Positions 9,286-18,867 of a stretch of DNA of 64,000 bases are shown here, one piece after another; the stretch's first letter is position 1, and every line of letters starts with the position of its first letter. The stretch covers positions 1,435 to 65,434 of the forward strand of contig DAOTXC010000006.1 in the NCBI GenBank assembly GCA_034435555.1. Direction: 5' to 3'. Source of the stretch: Anaerolineae bacterium (GTDB taxonomy: Bacteria; Chloroflexota; Anaerolineae; B4-G1; SLSP01). Position numbers and translations under genes: made by a program. The notes under the pieces were generated by a model. That model saw only the letters and a program-made list of their open reading frames with translations, was not told where the DNA came from and did not search any database.

Positions 9286-9793
9286 CGGCAGGGGGTGTCT
9301 CGGCGCGCTTCTCAACTGCTGACAGCAGATCGCTATGCTCCGACAACACGCGCGCGATTTCGCGCTCGACCATATCGCTGAACATCAACAGCTGGATCAA
9401 GTCCGCCTCGCCCTCAGGATCATCAGCCTCAGAGCGCCAGCGCCACAGCTCCTCCAGAACGTAATTGATGTGGCGCAGATGGCGCAGGAAGCCGCGCATC
9501 ACCTCGGTTTCGGAAGCCTGGCGCGCGCGCAGCTTGACCTGCACCCCAGGGAAGATGCCCAGGGCTTCCAGTTCCGCTTCGAGATCGCTCATCAGTTCCA
9601 GCGGTTCTTCGAATTCCTCCTGGAGGACCTCGAAACGTTCGTCGTTGGACAGCAACCACTGGAAGGTCGGCAGGTCTGTCCAGACCATCAACCCTTCCGC
9701 AGTCAATTGCTGATAGAGATAATGTATTGGGATGTAGACTTCATCGCTGGCGGCCATGATCGCCGCGACGCGATTGGTAATCGGATCGCTCAT
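9254..9793 (-). CDS. hypothetical acidic protein
   Basis: GGGAG RBS 5 nt before ATG 9793 (MSDPITNR...). No known motif. Packed in a minus-strand gene string with rarA. Confidence 0.45.
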   Translation of the reverse strand: MSDPITNRVAAIMAASDEVYIPIHYLYQQLTAEGLMVWTDLPTFQWLLSNDERFEVLQEEFEEPLELMSDLEAELEALGIFPGVQVKLRARQASETEVMRGFLRHLRHINYVLEELWRWRSEADDPEGEADLIQLLMFSDMVEREIARVLSEHSDLLSAVEKRAETPPADERTKWSEIN

Positions 9794-9826
9794 AGTTTCT
9801 CCCACAGTATAGATCGTCGCAGTGTA

Positions 9827-10513
9827 TCAGGACGATAACGTATAGCTGCCTCCCACTTCGAGCACCACCGGTTCCGTCTCTGTCTCCGCGCGGACGCGCT
9901 CCGCCCAGGCGTGCGGGTCCTGGGAGATCAGCGCCCAGGTCTCGTAGTGCATGGGGATGACGAGGCGCGGGCGCACCAGTTTGACCGCGCGCAGCGCATC
10001 ATCCGGCCCCATCGTGTAATTGTCGCCGATGGGGAGGAGTGCCACATCCACGCCCTCGTCGCCGATGAGCTGCATCGAGCTGAAGAGGCCGGTATCGCCC
10101 GCGTGGTAGATTTTCTTGCCCGCCGCGCTGATGAGCACCCCCGCAGGCATCCCGCCGTAGCTGCCATCCGGCAGCGAGGAGCCATGCACGGCGATGGTCA
10201 GCTTGACGTAACCGAAGGGGTAGTGGAAGCCGCCGCCGATGTGCTGCGCGTGGACGTTTTGGAGACCCTGCCCCCGCAGCCAGCGGGAGATCTCCGCATT
10301 GGCGATGACGATCGCGCCGGTGCGCTTGGCGATGGCGACCGTGTCGCCGATGTGGTCGCTGTGTCCATGCGTCACGATGATGTAGTCCGCGGCGACGGTC
10401 GCCGCCGTGACCGGCGCTACCGGGTTTCCCTCGAAAAAGGGATCAATGAGGAGCGGGGTTCCCTCGATATCTACTCCCCAGGTCGAATGTCCGTACCAGG
10501 TCAATGTAATCAT
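9827..10513 (-). CDS. UPF0173 metal-dependent hydrolase (metallo-beta-lactamase fold)
   Basis: HGHSDH metal-binding motif. 228 aa. Confidence 0.75.
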   Translation of the reverse strand: MITLTWYGHSTWGVDIEGTPLLIDPFFEGNPVAPVTAATVAADYIIVTHGHSDHIGDTVAIAKRTGAIVIANAEISRWLRGQGLQNVHAQHIGGGFHYPFGYVKLTIAVHGSSLPDGSYGGMPAGVLISAAGKKIYHAGDTGLFSSMQLIGDEGVDVALLPIGDNYTMGPDDALRAVKLVRPRLVIPMHYETWALISQDPHAWAERVRAETETEPVVLEVGGSYTLSS

Positions 10514-10523
10514 AGTGTCCTCC

Positions 10524-11873
10524 CTACTTCTTACCGTGTTCTCGCATGAATTTCAATGTATCAAGAATGCGCTGCTCGTAGCCGTGGCCTTTGGGCTTGA
10601 ACCAGCCGCCGGGCACGCCTTCCGGCAGATAGCGCTGGGCCACCCAGCCGGTGGGCGCGTCGTGTGGCGATTTGTACGCCGTGCGCTCTCCCAATGTCCG
10701 GTCGTAGTGCTCGCGCAAGGCCCCTTTGAAGACCTGGGTCTTGTCGCGCAGGTAGATGGGCGGCGCTTGATAGCCGTGCTCTTCGAGATAGCGGAGCGCC
10801 TGCCAATAGGCCCCCACGCTGTTCGACTTCGGCGCGGTCGCCAGATAGAGCGTCGCTTCGGCCAGATGATATTGTCCCTCCGGTAGCCCCACCCATTCGA
10901 GCGCCTGCGCGCAGCCCGCCACCACCGAGATCGCCATCGGCGAGGCCAGCCCCACATCCTCCGCCGCCAGGATCAACAGCCGCCGCATGATGAAGCGGGG
11001 ATCCTCGCCCGCCTGCACCATCTTCGCCAGGTAGTAGAGCGCCGCGTCAGCATCGGAGCCACGGATGGATTTGATGAAGGCGCTGATGGTATCGTAGTGC
11101 TCGTCGCCGGACTTGTCGTATTGCAGCGCCCGCTGCTGGATAGATTCCTCGGCGACTGCGAGCGTGATGTGCCGCACGCCGTTCTCGTCAGGCGGGGTGG
11201 ATTCGACCGCGAGCTCCAGCGCGTTGAGCGCGCTGCGCACGTCGCCGCCGGCCATCTCCGCCAGATGCGCGAGCGCGTCGGCATCCGCTTCGATGGTCAG
11301 CGCGCCGTAGCCGCGTTCCTCGTCGGCCAGCGCCCGCTGCAAGAGCGCCAGAATTTCCTCTGTGCCCAGCGACTCGAAGCGGAAGACCCGCGAGCGGCTC
11401 ACCAGCGGCGCGATGACGTAGAAGTACGGGTTCTCGGTCGTCGCGCCGATGAGGATGATCGTGCCATCTTCCACCACCGGCAGCAAGCCATCCTGCTGCG
11501 CCTTGTTCCAGCGGTGGATCTCATCCACGAGTAGGATGGTGCGCTCGCCGTACATCCCCAACCGTTCCTTGGCCTCCTGGACAACACGCCGCAGGTCGGC
11601 GACGCCGTCCAGAACAGCGTTGAGCCGCGCGAAGCGCGCGCGGGTGAGGTTGGCGATGATCATCGCCAGCGTCGTCTTGCCCGTTCCCGGCGCGCCCCAG
11701 AAGATCAGCGAGGAGAAGAGCCGGTCGGCCTCGATGGCGCGGCGCAAGAGCCGCCCCTCGCCCACGATCGGCTCCTGCCCCACAAACTCATCGAGCGTGC
11801 AGGGCCGCATCCGGGCCGCCAGGGGGGCCTGTTTCTGCAATTCAGTCTGTCGTTGATGTTCAAATAGTTCCAT
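10524..11873 (-). CDS. rarA: replication-associated recombination protein A (AAA+ ATPase)
   Basis: GAPGTGKTTLA Walker A, DEIHR Walker B and MgsA C-terminal domain. AGAGG RBS before ATG 11873; the track start at 12005 is over-extended. Confidence 0.85.
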   Translation of the reverse strand: MELFEHQRQTELQKQAPLAARMRPCTLDEFVGQEPIVGEGRLLRRAIEADRLFSSLIFWGAPGTGKTTLAMIIANLTRARFARLNAVLDGVADLRRVVQEAKERLGMYGERTILLVDEIHRWNKAQQDGLLPVVEDGTIILIGATTENPYFYVIAPLVSRSRVFRFESLGTEEILALLQRALADEERGYGALTIEADADALAHLAEMAGGDVRSALNALELAVESTPPDENGVRHITLAVAEESIQQRALQYDKSGDEHYDTISAFIKSIRGSDADAALYYLAKMVQAGEDPRFIMRRLLILAAEDVGLASPMAISVVAGCAQALEWVGLPEGQYHLAEATLYLATAPKSNSVGAYWQALRYLEEHGYQAPPIYLRDKTQVFKGALREHYDRTLGERTAYKSPHDAPTGWVAQRYLPEGVPGGWFKPKGHGYEQRILDTLKFMREHGKK

Positions 11874-12025
11874 CGGTGCCTCTAGCCCTAGTATAATCGG
11901 GTCAGCAAATGAGGCAACTGGCCTATGATTGACAGTTTCGCTCAAAGGTGTAGAGTTGACAGCGGTAATGGGTAATGGGTGATAAAGTAGCCCATCACCC
12001 GTCATTCATATTCTGGAGGCATATC

Positions 12026-13228
12026 ATGACAAAATCTACTACGAATCGTGAAACGCTCAAGGCCTTGCCCCGCAACGTCTGGGCCGTGACCATGACCAGT
12101 TTTCTCACCGACATTTCCTCCGAGATGCTCTTTCATCTCTTGCCGTTCTTCCTGGCGAATGTACTGGGTGCGGGGACGGCGGTGATCGGGCTGATCGAAG
12201 GGCTGGCGGAGACTACGGCCAGCCTGTTGAAGATCTTCTCCGGGTGGATTTCGGACCGGCTCAAGGCGCGCAAGTGGCCTGCGGTGCTCGGTTACGGCCT
12301 ATCCACCCTCGCTAAGCCCTTCTTCTTGATTGCCAACAGCTGGGTGGGTGTGCTGGTGATCCGCATGGCCGACCGGGTAGGAAAGGGGATTCGTACCGCA
12401 CCCCGCGACGCGCTGGTGGCCGATTCCATTGACGAGAAGCATCGCGGGCTGGCCTTCGGCCTGCACCGGGCCGGCGACACCGCCGGAGCGATGATCGGCA
12501 CGTTGATCGCGGCCTTCATCCTGTGGCGCACGCCGCAGGGGGCAGGGGCGCTCACCCGCGAGATCTTCCAGAGCGTCGTGTGGTGGAGCATCATCCCTGC
12601 TGTGCTGGCGGTCATCGCGCTGGCTGTCGGCGCGCGTGAGGTGACGTTCAAAGAAAAGGGCGCGCCTCAGCTCTCGCTCGCGGGCTTCGACAAGCGTTTC
12701 TACTGGTTCCTGGGCGTCATCGTCCTCTTCACGCTGGGTAACTCTTCGGATGCCTTCCTGCATCTGCGGGCGCAGGAGCGCGGGCTTGATCTGGTGCAGA
12801 TTCTGTTGATGATCGCCACCTTAAACCTGGTCTACACGGTGGTTTCCGGCCCGGCGGGCGCGCTATCGGATCGCGTGGGGCGGAGGCGAGTCATCGTTAT
12901 CGGTTGGTTGGTGTACGGGCTGATTTACCTCGGCTTTGCGCTGACCAACGCCGCGTGGCACCTGTGGGTGCTCTACGCGCTCTATGGCGTCTACTACGGC
13001 ATGGTGGAAGGCACGGCGAAGGCGCTGGTGGCCGACCTGGTGCCTGAGGCGCAGCGGGGGACCGCCTATGGCGTCTACAACGCCGCCGTGGGGATCGCCG
13101 CGCTGCCGGCCTCGGCGATAGCCGGTATCCTGTGGCAGAGCATCAACCCGGCAGCGCCCTTCTACTTCGGCGCGGCGCTGGCATTGATCGCATCCCTGTT
13201 GATCTGGCGGGTTCTGGCAAAGGCGTAG
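12026..13228 (+). CDS. MFS transporter
   Basis: GGAGG RBS 5 nt before ATG 12026. 12 TM-like segments with MFS signature loops. Confidence 0.7.
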   Translation: MTKSTTNRETLKALPRNVWAVTMTSFLTDISSEMLFHLLPFFLANVLGAGTAVIGLIEGLAETTASLLKIFSGWISDRLKARKWPAVLGYGLSTLAKPFFLIANSWVGVLVIRMADRVGKGIRTAPRDALVADSIDEKHRGLAFGLHRAGDTAGAMIGTLIAAFILWRTPQGAGALTREIFQSVVWWSIIPAVLAVIALAVGAREVTFKEKGAPQLSLAGFDKRFYWFLGVIVLFTLGNSSDAFLHLRAQERGLDLVQILLMIATLNLVYTVVSGPAGALSDRVGRRRVIVIGWLVYGLIYLGFALTNAAWHLWVLYALYGVYYGMVEGTAKALVADLVPEAQRGTAYGVYNAAVGIAALPASAIAGILWQSINPAAPFYFGAALALIASLLIWRVLAKA

Positions 13229-13281
13229 GGACATCAGCGGGCGGCTGTGATTGGGCCGCCCGCTGATGGATTGGGACCGCT

Positions 13282-14178
13282 TCAGGATTGCGCGGCCAAC
13301 AGTTGCGTGAGCAGGTCGCTGCCGGGCGGCACCAGGGTCAGTCTCCCCGCGCCTTCAAGGATCTTCTGCATCTCCAGAATCTCGAACATAGCGGCGGCCA
13401 CTTCCGGGTCGGCGGCGATGCTTTGGAGCGCCTCACCAACGATACGCGGGCGCGTCGCTGCGGCCCTGGCGAACTCGACAGCGGCCTGACGCTCGGCGGT
13501 GCTGGCGATGATGCTGACCTGGTTCGCGCCATCCTGCTTGATGGCAGCCGTCACCTGCCGCAAGCGGTTGACAACCTTCGCTTCAATCTGCTGGATCATG
13601 CTGAGATCGCGGAAATGCACCTTGCGGATGTAGATCGAGCCGAGCTTGTATCCCCATTCTTGGGAGCGCGGCGTGACCTCCTCGCGCACGGTGCGGCTCA
13701 TCGTGTGGCGATCCACGAGCATCTGATCCAGCGGTAGATTGCTCAACGAGCGCACGACGGCGTTGCTGACGTTGGCCGCCAGCGAGCCGCGCGGATCAAC
13801 ATTCTTGAAGAGATAAGCGTAGGGATCGCTGATGTACATCTCGTACCAGATGCCCACCCCCATCGGCGCGCCCTCTTCGGAGTTGACGGGGTTGCTGCGC
13901 AGATATTGCTGATCAAGGCGCATATCCAGGACGTGGCGACGGCCCAGCCAGTTGACCAGGAAGGCGGTCGGCCCGATGCGCAAGGGCAGGATGTGCAAGC
14001 CCGGTTCGTCGAAGATGCCGATGACCTTGCCAAAAAGCACGAAGACCTGGCAAGTGCCCTCCTGCACAATGGTATACAGGCCCAGCAGACGTAGGAAGAA
14101 GAGCGCAATGGGCATGATGATCCACATGGCGAAGAAAGTGACACCTGCTGCGATGATGAATTCGATGAAGGCGTTCAT
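13282..14178 (-). CDS. SPFH/band-7 family protein (stomatin/HflKC-like)
   Basis: N-terminal TM followed by an SPFH core (VQEGTCQVFVLFGKVIGIFDEPGLHILP). Confidence 0.7.
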   Translation of the reverse strand: MNAFIEFIIAAGVTFFAMWIIMPIALFFLRLLGLYTIVQEGTCQVFVLFGKVIGIFDEPGLHILPLRIGPTAFLVNWLGRRHVLDMRLDQQYLRSNPVNSEEGAPMGVGIWYEMYISDPYAYLFKNVDPRGSLAANVSNAVVRSLSNLPLDQMLVDRHTMSRTVREEVTPRSQEWGYKLGSIYIRKVHFRDLSMIQQIEAKVVNRLRQVTAAIKQDGANQVSIIASTAERQAAVEFARAAATRPRIVGEALQSIAADPEVAAAMFEILEMQKILEGAGRLTLVPPGSDLLTQLLAAQS

Positions 14179-15155
14179 GCTTCCACCTCCCGGACGATGC
14201 GTTGGGCGTGTGCGAATAGCCGCAAGCGTACATTGCGCAGATAGGCCGCCAGCGCCCCCGGGCCGCTCTCCCGTAGGGCGTGGAGCTGTTCCGCAAGCGC
14301 GGTTAGCGGTTCCACTTCGGCCTGCGCGTTGAGCGTTTCGATCTCCACGGCGCGTTTGGATTGCACAATCTTCTGGTCAGCGGCGGCCTGGGCCAGGCTA
14401 ATGTCGGATGAGACCTGGTTGTGCGCAGTGTTGATCGCGGCCAGGGCCGATTCCACCTCAGGGGGCGGGTCAATGCCGGTGATGAGCGAGGCATCGAGGA
14501 TGATGCCGTAGCGGGCGGCGGAGGTGGCGCACTCGCGCTCCATGTGATCGTTGAGGTCGCGCAGGTTCTTGCGCAGGTCGTTGATGGAGACGCCGGTGAC
14601 GATGCTCATATCGCCATCCTGGATAATCGGTGAGGGCGGCGCTTCGAAGCTGGCGATGCGCTCGCGCAGCACGGAGACGAAGTAGCCCATGACGTGGGAG
14701 ATGGGGCGCTTGACGCCGAAGAGGTAGGCGTAGAGGTTGTTCTCGGCGATGCGGTAGCGAATCTGCCCGGTGAGGCCGGTGTTGAGCTGATCCTTGGTGA
14801 CGGCTTCGAGGATGGTGCCGTTCTGATTGGCGCGCGGTTCATCCGGGTCGTAGGCCATGTTCATGATTTGGGTGGCGATGGAGACCTTGTAGACCCGTTC
14901 CCACGGCCATCTAAAGTAAGGGCCGCCCGGTTGGATGACGCGCACCACAGGATAATTGTAACGTTTTTTATGCTCCTCCGTGAGCGTCTCACCCAGGGGC
15001 GTATCGGCGGTGGTGGCGTTGCCCACCCGCTGCGCCCTCCCGAAGACGGTTTTCACAGCTCGCTCATTTTGATCCACGGTGTAGAGGCTCAGCAGTATAT
15101 AGCGGAAGAAAAACCACACGCAGAAACCCACGATCATACCCAATAGAATGCTCAT
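14175..15155 (-). CDS. SPFH/band-7 family protein (second, adjacent)
   Basis: AAGGAG RBS before ATG 15155 (MSILLGMIVGF...). SPFH core (VDQNERAVKTVFGRAQRV). 4-nt overlap with the downstream paralog. Confidence 0.7.
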   Translation of the reverse strand: MSILLGMIVGFCVWFFFRYILLSLYTVDQNERAVKTVFGRAQRVGNATTADTPLGETLTEEHKKRYNYPVVRVIQPGGPYFRWPWERVYKVSIATQIMNMAYDPDEPRANQNGTILEAVTKDQLNTGLTGQIRYRIAENNLYAYLFGVKRPISHVMGYFVSVLRERIASFEAPPSPIIQDGDMSIVTGVSINDLRKNLRDLNDHMERECATSAARYGIILDASLITGIDPPPEVESALAAINTAHNQVSSDISLAQAAADQKIVQSKRAVEIETLNAQAEVEPLTALAEQLHALRESGPGALAAYLRNVRLRLFAHAQRIVREVEA

Positions 15156-15304
15156 ACGGTTACACTCCTTTCTTGAGGGGAACGGCGGTTCCCCGTGGCT
15201 TGTTGCGCCCTCTACTACTATTGTACACCCAATTTTCCTCAAGGCGATGCGTAAAGTGTCTCATTTGCTCATCACCCGTTACTGTTTTGAGGATGAACAG
15301 CACT

Positions 15305-15340
15305 ACCAAAACCGGGCCTTGGGTAAGGCCCGGTTTTGGT
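15305..15340 (-). terminator. terminator hairpin after htpG (bidirectional shape)
   Basis: aaaaccgggcc-ttgggtaa-ggcccggtttt. Confidence 0.6.
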
Positions 15341-15369
15341 AAGATCCAAACGGTTAGCCGCTGCGGAAA

Positions 15370-17235
15370 CTACACCTCAGAGTGCGTGATCGCCGCCTCC
15401 AGCAACGCTTGCAAGCGGGGGACCATATCCGCCGGATTGGGATGCAAGCCCTCCAACAGCAGCAGATTGGCGAAGAGCTGTTCGATGCTCATGTCAATAC
15501 GCGGATCGGCGGCGTCTTGTTCCAGTAACTGGGTCAGATTCTCAATCAAAGCGTGGCGGCGGTTGAGCTCCAAAATCTTGGGCGGAACCTGATAATCCTG
15601 CTCCAACAAGCGCCGCACGCGCTGCAAGTCACGGTCGGGGCTATCGCCCGGCGAGACGAGGCGGCACGGGCTATCCTGCAACACCTTCGAGCTCCGCACC
15701 TCGGTCACACGCCCACCGAGCACCTCCTGGAAGCGCTGTCGCAACTGCTCGAAAGCCTCCTCCGGCGCGGCATCATCCTCAGCGGCGGTATCCTCGACCG
15801 CCTCCGACAAATCCAGCGCGGCATCATCCACGTTCTGCAACGGCTTCTCCTCGAAGTCGCGCAACGCCTGCATCATAAAGCCGTCCAGCGGATCAACGAG
15901 GTAGAGCACCTCGAGATCGTGCGCCCGGAAGTAATCCAGGTGCGGGCTGCGCGCTGCCGATGCGAGATCCTCGCCCAGGATGTAATAGATGGCCTCCTGG
16001 TCCGGCGCCATACGGTCGGCGTACTCCGCCAAGGAGATGAGATCATCGCCGGAGCGGGACGAGTAGAAGCGCAGCAGCGGCAGTAGATCGTCGCGCCCTA
16101 GCGGATCGGTCGCCAAACCCTCCTTGAGATACGGGCCGAACGCCTCCCAGAACAGCCGATAATCGTCGGGGCGCTCCTCAGCCAGCTCCGCCAGCGATTT
16201 GAGCGCGCGATGGGTCAACGCCTTGCGCAGATGGCGCATGGTGCGGTTGCTCTGCACAGTCTCGCGCGAGATGTTCAGCGGCAGATTGTCGGAATCCACC
16301 ACGCCCTCCATGAAGCGCAGGTACTCCGGTAGCAGCTCCTTGGTGCGCTCCTGGATGAGCACCTTGCGGGAGTAAAGCCGCAGCCCCTCATCGCGCTGTA
16401 TCCTGAACAGCCCCCGCTCGCGCGAACGCGGCACGTACAGAATGCTGCGAATATGTACCGGGGCATCCGTCACCAGATGGATGTGCAACAGCGGCTCCTC
16501 GAAGTCCAGCGTCAGCTGGCGGTAGAAATCAGCGTAGGCCCCCTCCTCCACCTCGCTGGGCGCTTGACGCCACAGCGCGGTACGCTGATTGGCGAGCTTG
16601 TCGCGGACATAAATCGGAAACGAGACGTAATCGGAGTGGCGCTTGACGATCTGCTCCAGCCGCCAGGCCGACGCGAACTCGCTCGCGTCCTCTTGCAGCT
16701 GCACTTCGATGGTTGTGCCCCGCGTGGCCTTGTCGGCGGGGGCCAGCGTGTAGGAGTTCTCGCCGCGCGAGGTCCACGTCCACGCCTCAGCCTCAGGCTG
16801 ATACGAGCGCGAGGTCACACGCACCTCATCCGCCACCATGAAGACCGCGTAGAAGCCCACCCCAAACTGCCCGATGATGTCGCCCGGTCGCTGGCCCTCC
16901 TCCAAATTCTTGAGGAACGCCATCGCGCCGGAATGAGCAATCGTCCCCAAATTCTCGACGAGCTCCTCGCGGGTCATACCGATGCCCGTATCGGAGACGG
17001 TGAGCGTCCGCGCTTCCTCATCGAATTCGATGTGGATAGCGAGCTCCGCATCCGGGTCGAGCACCTCCCGGTTGGTGAGCAGCTCAAACTGGATGCGATG
17101 CAGCGCATCCGAAGCGTTCGAGAGCAGCTCCCGCAAGAAAATCTCCCGCTCCGTGTAGAGCGAATGCGCCAGTATGTGCAACAACTGCTGCACCTCAGCC
17201 TTAAATGCAAGTTCTTCATTCGTTTTCTCTGCCAT
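15370..17235 (-). CDS. htpG: molecular chaperone HtpG (Hsp90)
   Basis: [16 protein letters not shown] ATPase motif. 621 aa. AGGAGG RBS. Confidence 0.92.
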   Translation of the reverse strand: MAEKTNEELAFKAEVQQLLHILAHSLYTEREIFLRELLSNASDALHRIQFELLTNREVLDPDAELAIHIEFDEEARTLTVSDTGIGMTREELVENLGTIAHSGAMAFLKNLEEGQRPGDIIGQFGVGFYAVFMVADEVRVTSRSYQPEAEAWTWTSRGENSYTLAPADKATRGTTIEVQLQEDASEFASAWRLEQIVKRHSDYVSFPIYVRDKLANQRTALWRQAPSEVEEGAYADFYRQLTLDFEEPLLHIHLVTDAPVHIRSILYVPRSRERGLFRIQRDEGLRLYSRKVLIQERTKELLPEYLRFMEGVVDSDNLPLNISRETVQSNRTMRHLRKALTHRALKSLAELAEERPDDYRLFWEAFGPYLKEGLATDPLGRDDLLPLLRFYSSRSGDDLISLAEYADRMAPDQEAIYYILGEDLASAARSPHLDYFRAHDLEVLYLVDPLDGFMMQALRDFEEKPLQNVDDAALDLSEAVEDTAAEDDAAPEEAFEQLRQRFQEVLGGRVTEVRSSKVLQDSPCRLVSPGDSPDRDLQRVRRLLEQDYQVPPKILELNRRHALIENLTQLLEQDAADPRIDMSIEQLFANLLLLEGLHPNPADMVPRLQALLEAAITHSEV

Positions 17236-17392
17236 CCATGACCTCCTGGAAATCTAAAAATTAGCAAATGCCCACTCTTAAAGCTACCAGAAGAACATTA
17301 GAATGGCATTAGCTTTTGTCATTTTTCTCACGTCACAAGCGATATATAATCCGATTGCTGTCCACACTGCAAATAAAGCCAAGGAGATACAG

Positions 17393-18724
17393 ATGCGAAC
17401 CTTGATCAAAGATGTTACCATCATCACCCTGGACGAGGCCGACCGCATTCTCCCCCGAGCCGAGCTGGCCCTGGAGGATAGGGCCATCGTCGCCGTCGGG
17501 GAAGCGCCCGCGGCCTTCGTCCCCGACGAGACAATTGACGGGCGCGAGCTCGTGGCGCTCCCCGCCTTCTTCAACGCGCACACCCACGCCGCCATGACGT
17601 TGGAGCGCGGCTGGGCCGAAGACCTCCCCTTCCCCCGCTGGCTCGATGAGAAGATTTGGGTCGCAGAATCGGCCCTCACCGAGACAGATGTCTACTGGGG
17701 CGCGGCCCTCGCCGCCGCTGAGATGCTCCGCGCGGGCATTGTGGGCTTCGCCGACCACTACTTCTGGATGGATCAGACCGCCCGCGCTGTGGAGGAATGC
17801 GGCATGAAAGCGCTGCTGGCCTGGTGTCACTTCGGCAACGGCGACGAGCAGGAGGTCGGCGGCATCTCCTTCGAGGAGACCGCGGCCTTCGTCGAGCGGT
17901 GGCAGGGCGCCGCCGACGGGCGCATCCGCACCACGCTGGGGCCGCACTCGCCCTACATGACGCCGCCCGCCGTGCTCGCGCAAATCGCCGAGACCGCCCA
18001 TCGGCTCAACGTGGGCGTCCACATCCACCTGAGCGAGTCGCCGGAGCAGCTGCAAAGCTCGCTCGACACGTACGGGCGCAGCCCCACGGCCCACATCGCC
18101 GCGCTCGGCCTGCTCGATCTTCCGCAGCCCGCCCTCGTCGCCCACTGCAACGCGCTGCTGGCGGAGGACTTCACCCTGCTGGCCGAGAAGGGCGCTTACG
18201 TCGCCCACACGCCCAAGACCTACCAGAAGCTCGCCATGACGATGCCGCCGCTTGTGGAGCTGCTGGCCCACGGGGTCAACATTGCGCTCGCCACCGATGG
18301 CCCCGCCTCCAACAACGACCTCAATCTGCTGGAGGTGATGCGGCTGACGGGGCTGCATCAGAAATTCGCGCACGCCGACCCGGAAATTCTGCCGCGCACG
18401 CAGCTACTCCGGCTGGCGACGCAAAGTTCGGCGGCGGCGCTCGGCTTCTCACAGAGCGGGATGCTGGTTCCCGGTCGCCCGGCGGATCTCGTCCTCTTCG
18501 ACACGACCGCGCCCCACTGGATTCCGCGCCACGATGTGGCAGCGGGCATCGTCTATACGGCGCATCCTGGCGATGTGGCCTACGTCTGGTGCGAGGGGCA
18601 GCTGCTCTATCGCCGGGGCGAATTCCTCACGCTCGATATCGAGCACATCCGTTGGGAGGCGGAAAAACGCGCCTACCGCATGGTCGGCAAGCCGATGACC
18701 TCACTGCGCGCCTATCGGGACTGA
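17393..18724 (+). CDS. amidohydrolase, MtaD-like (5-methylthioadenosine/SAH deaminase family)
   Basis: AAGGAG RBS 6 nt before ATG 17393. FFNAHTHAAM metal-binding HxH motif. 443 aa. Confidence 0.75.
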   Translation: MRTLIKDVTIITLDEADRILPRAELALEDRAIVAVGEAPAAFVPDETIDGRELVALPAFFNAHTHAAMTLERGWAEDLPFPRWLDEKIWVAESALTETDVYWGAALAAAEMLRAGIVGFADHYFWMDQTARAVEECGMKALLAWCHFGNGDEQEVGGISFEETAAFVERWQGAADGRIRTTLGPHSPYMTPPAVLAQIAETAHRLNVGVHIHLSESPEQLQSSLDTYGRSPTAHIAALGLLDLPQPALVAHCNALLAEDFTLLAEKGAYVAHTPKTYQKLAMTMPPLVELLAHGVNIALATDGPASNNDLNLLEVMRLTGLHQKFAHADPEILPRTQLLRLATQSSAAALGFSQSGMLVPGRPADLVLFDTTAPHWIPRHDVAAGIVYTAHPGDVAYVWCEGQLLYRRGEFLTLDIEHIRWEAEKRAYRMVGKPMTSLRAYRD

Positions 18725-18867
18725 AAATACTTGAGCAGGTATTGGACGCAGATTCGCGCTGATTTTCGCTGATTTTAAGAATTATCTGCGTGAATCTGCG
18801 TCCTGATACTCTAACGAAACGGGGCGTGCTTGCAAGCATGCCCCGTCCTCATTGCCCGTTTGATACG

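Noticed and set aside
15553-16086. 177-aa plus-strand ORF (and 16453..17241, 262 aa) within htpG
   Set aside because: Antisense to a high-confidence HtpG CDS. No independent signals.
17333-18373. 346-aa minus-strand ORF antisense to the MtaD-like amidohydrolase
   Set aside because: Embedded opposite a CDS with clear metal-binding motifs. No RBS.
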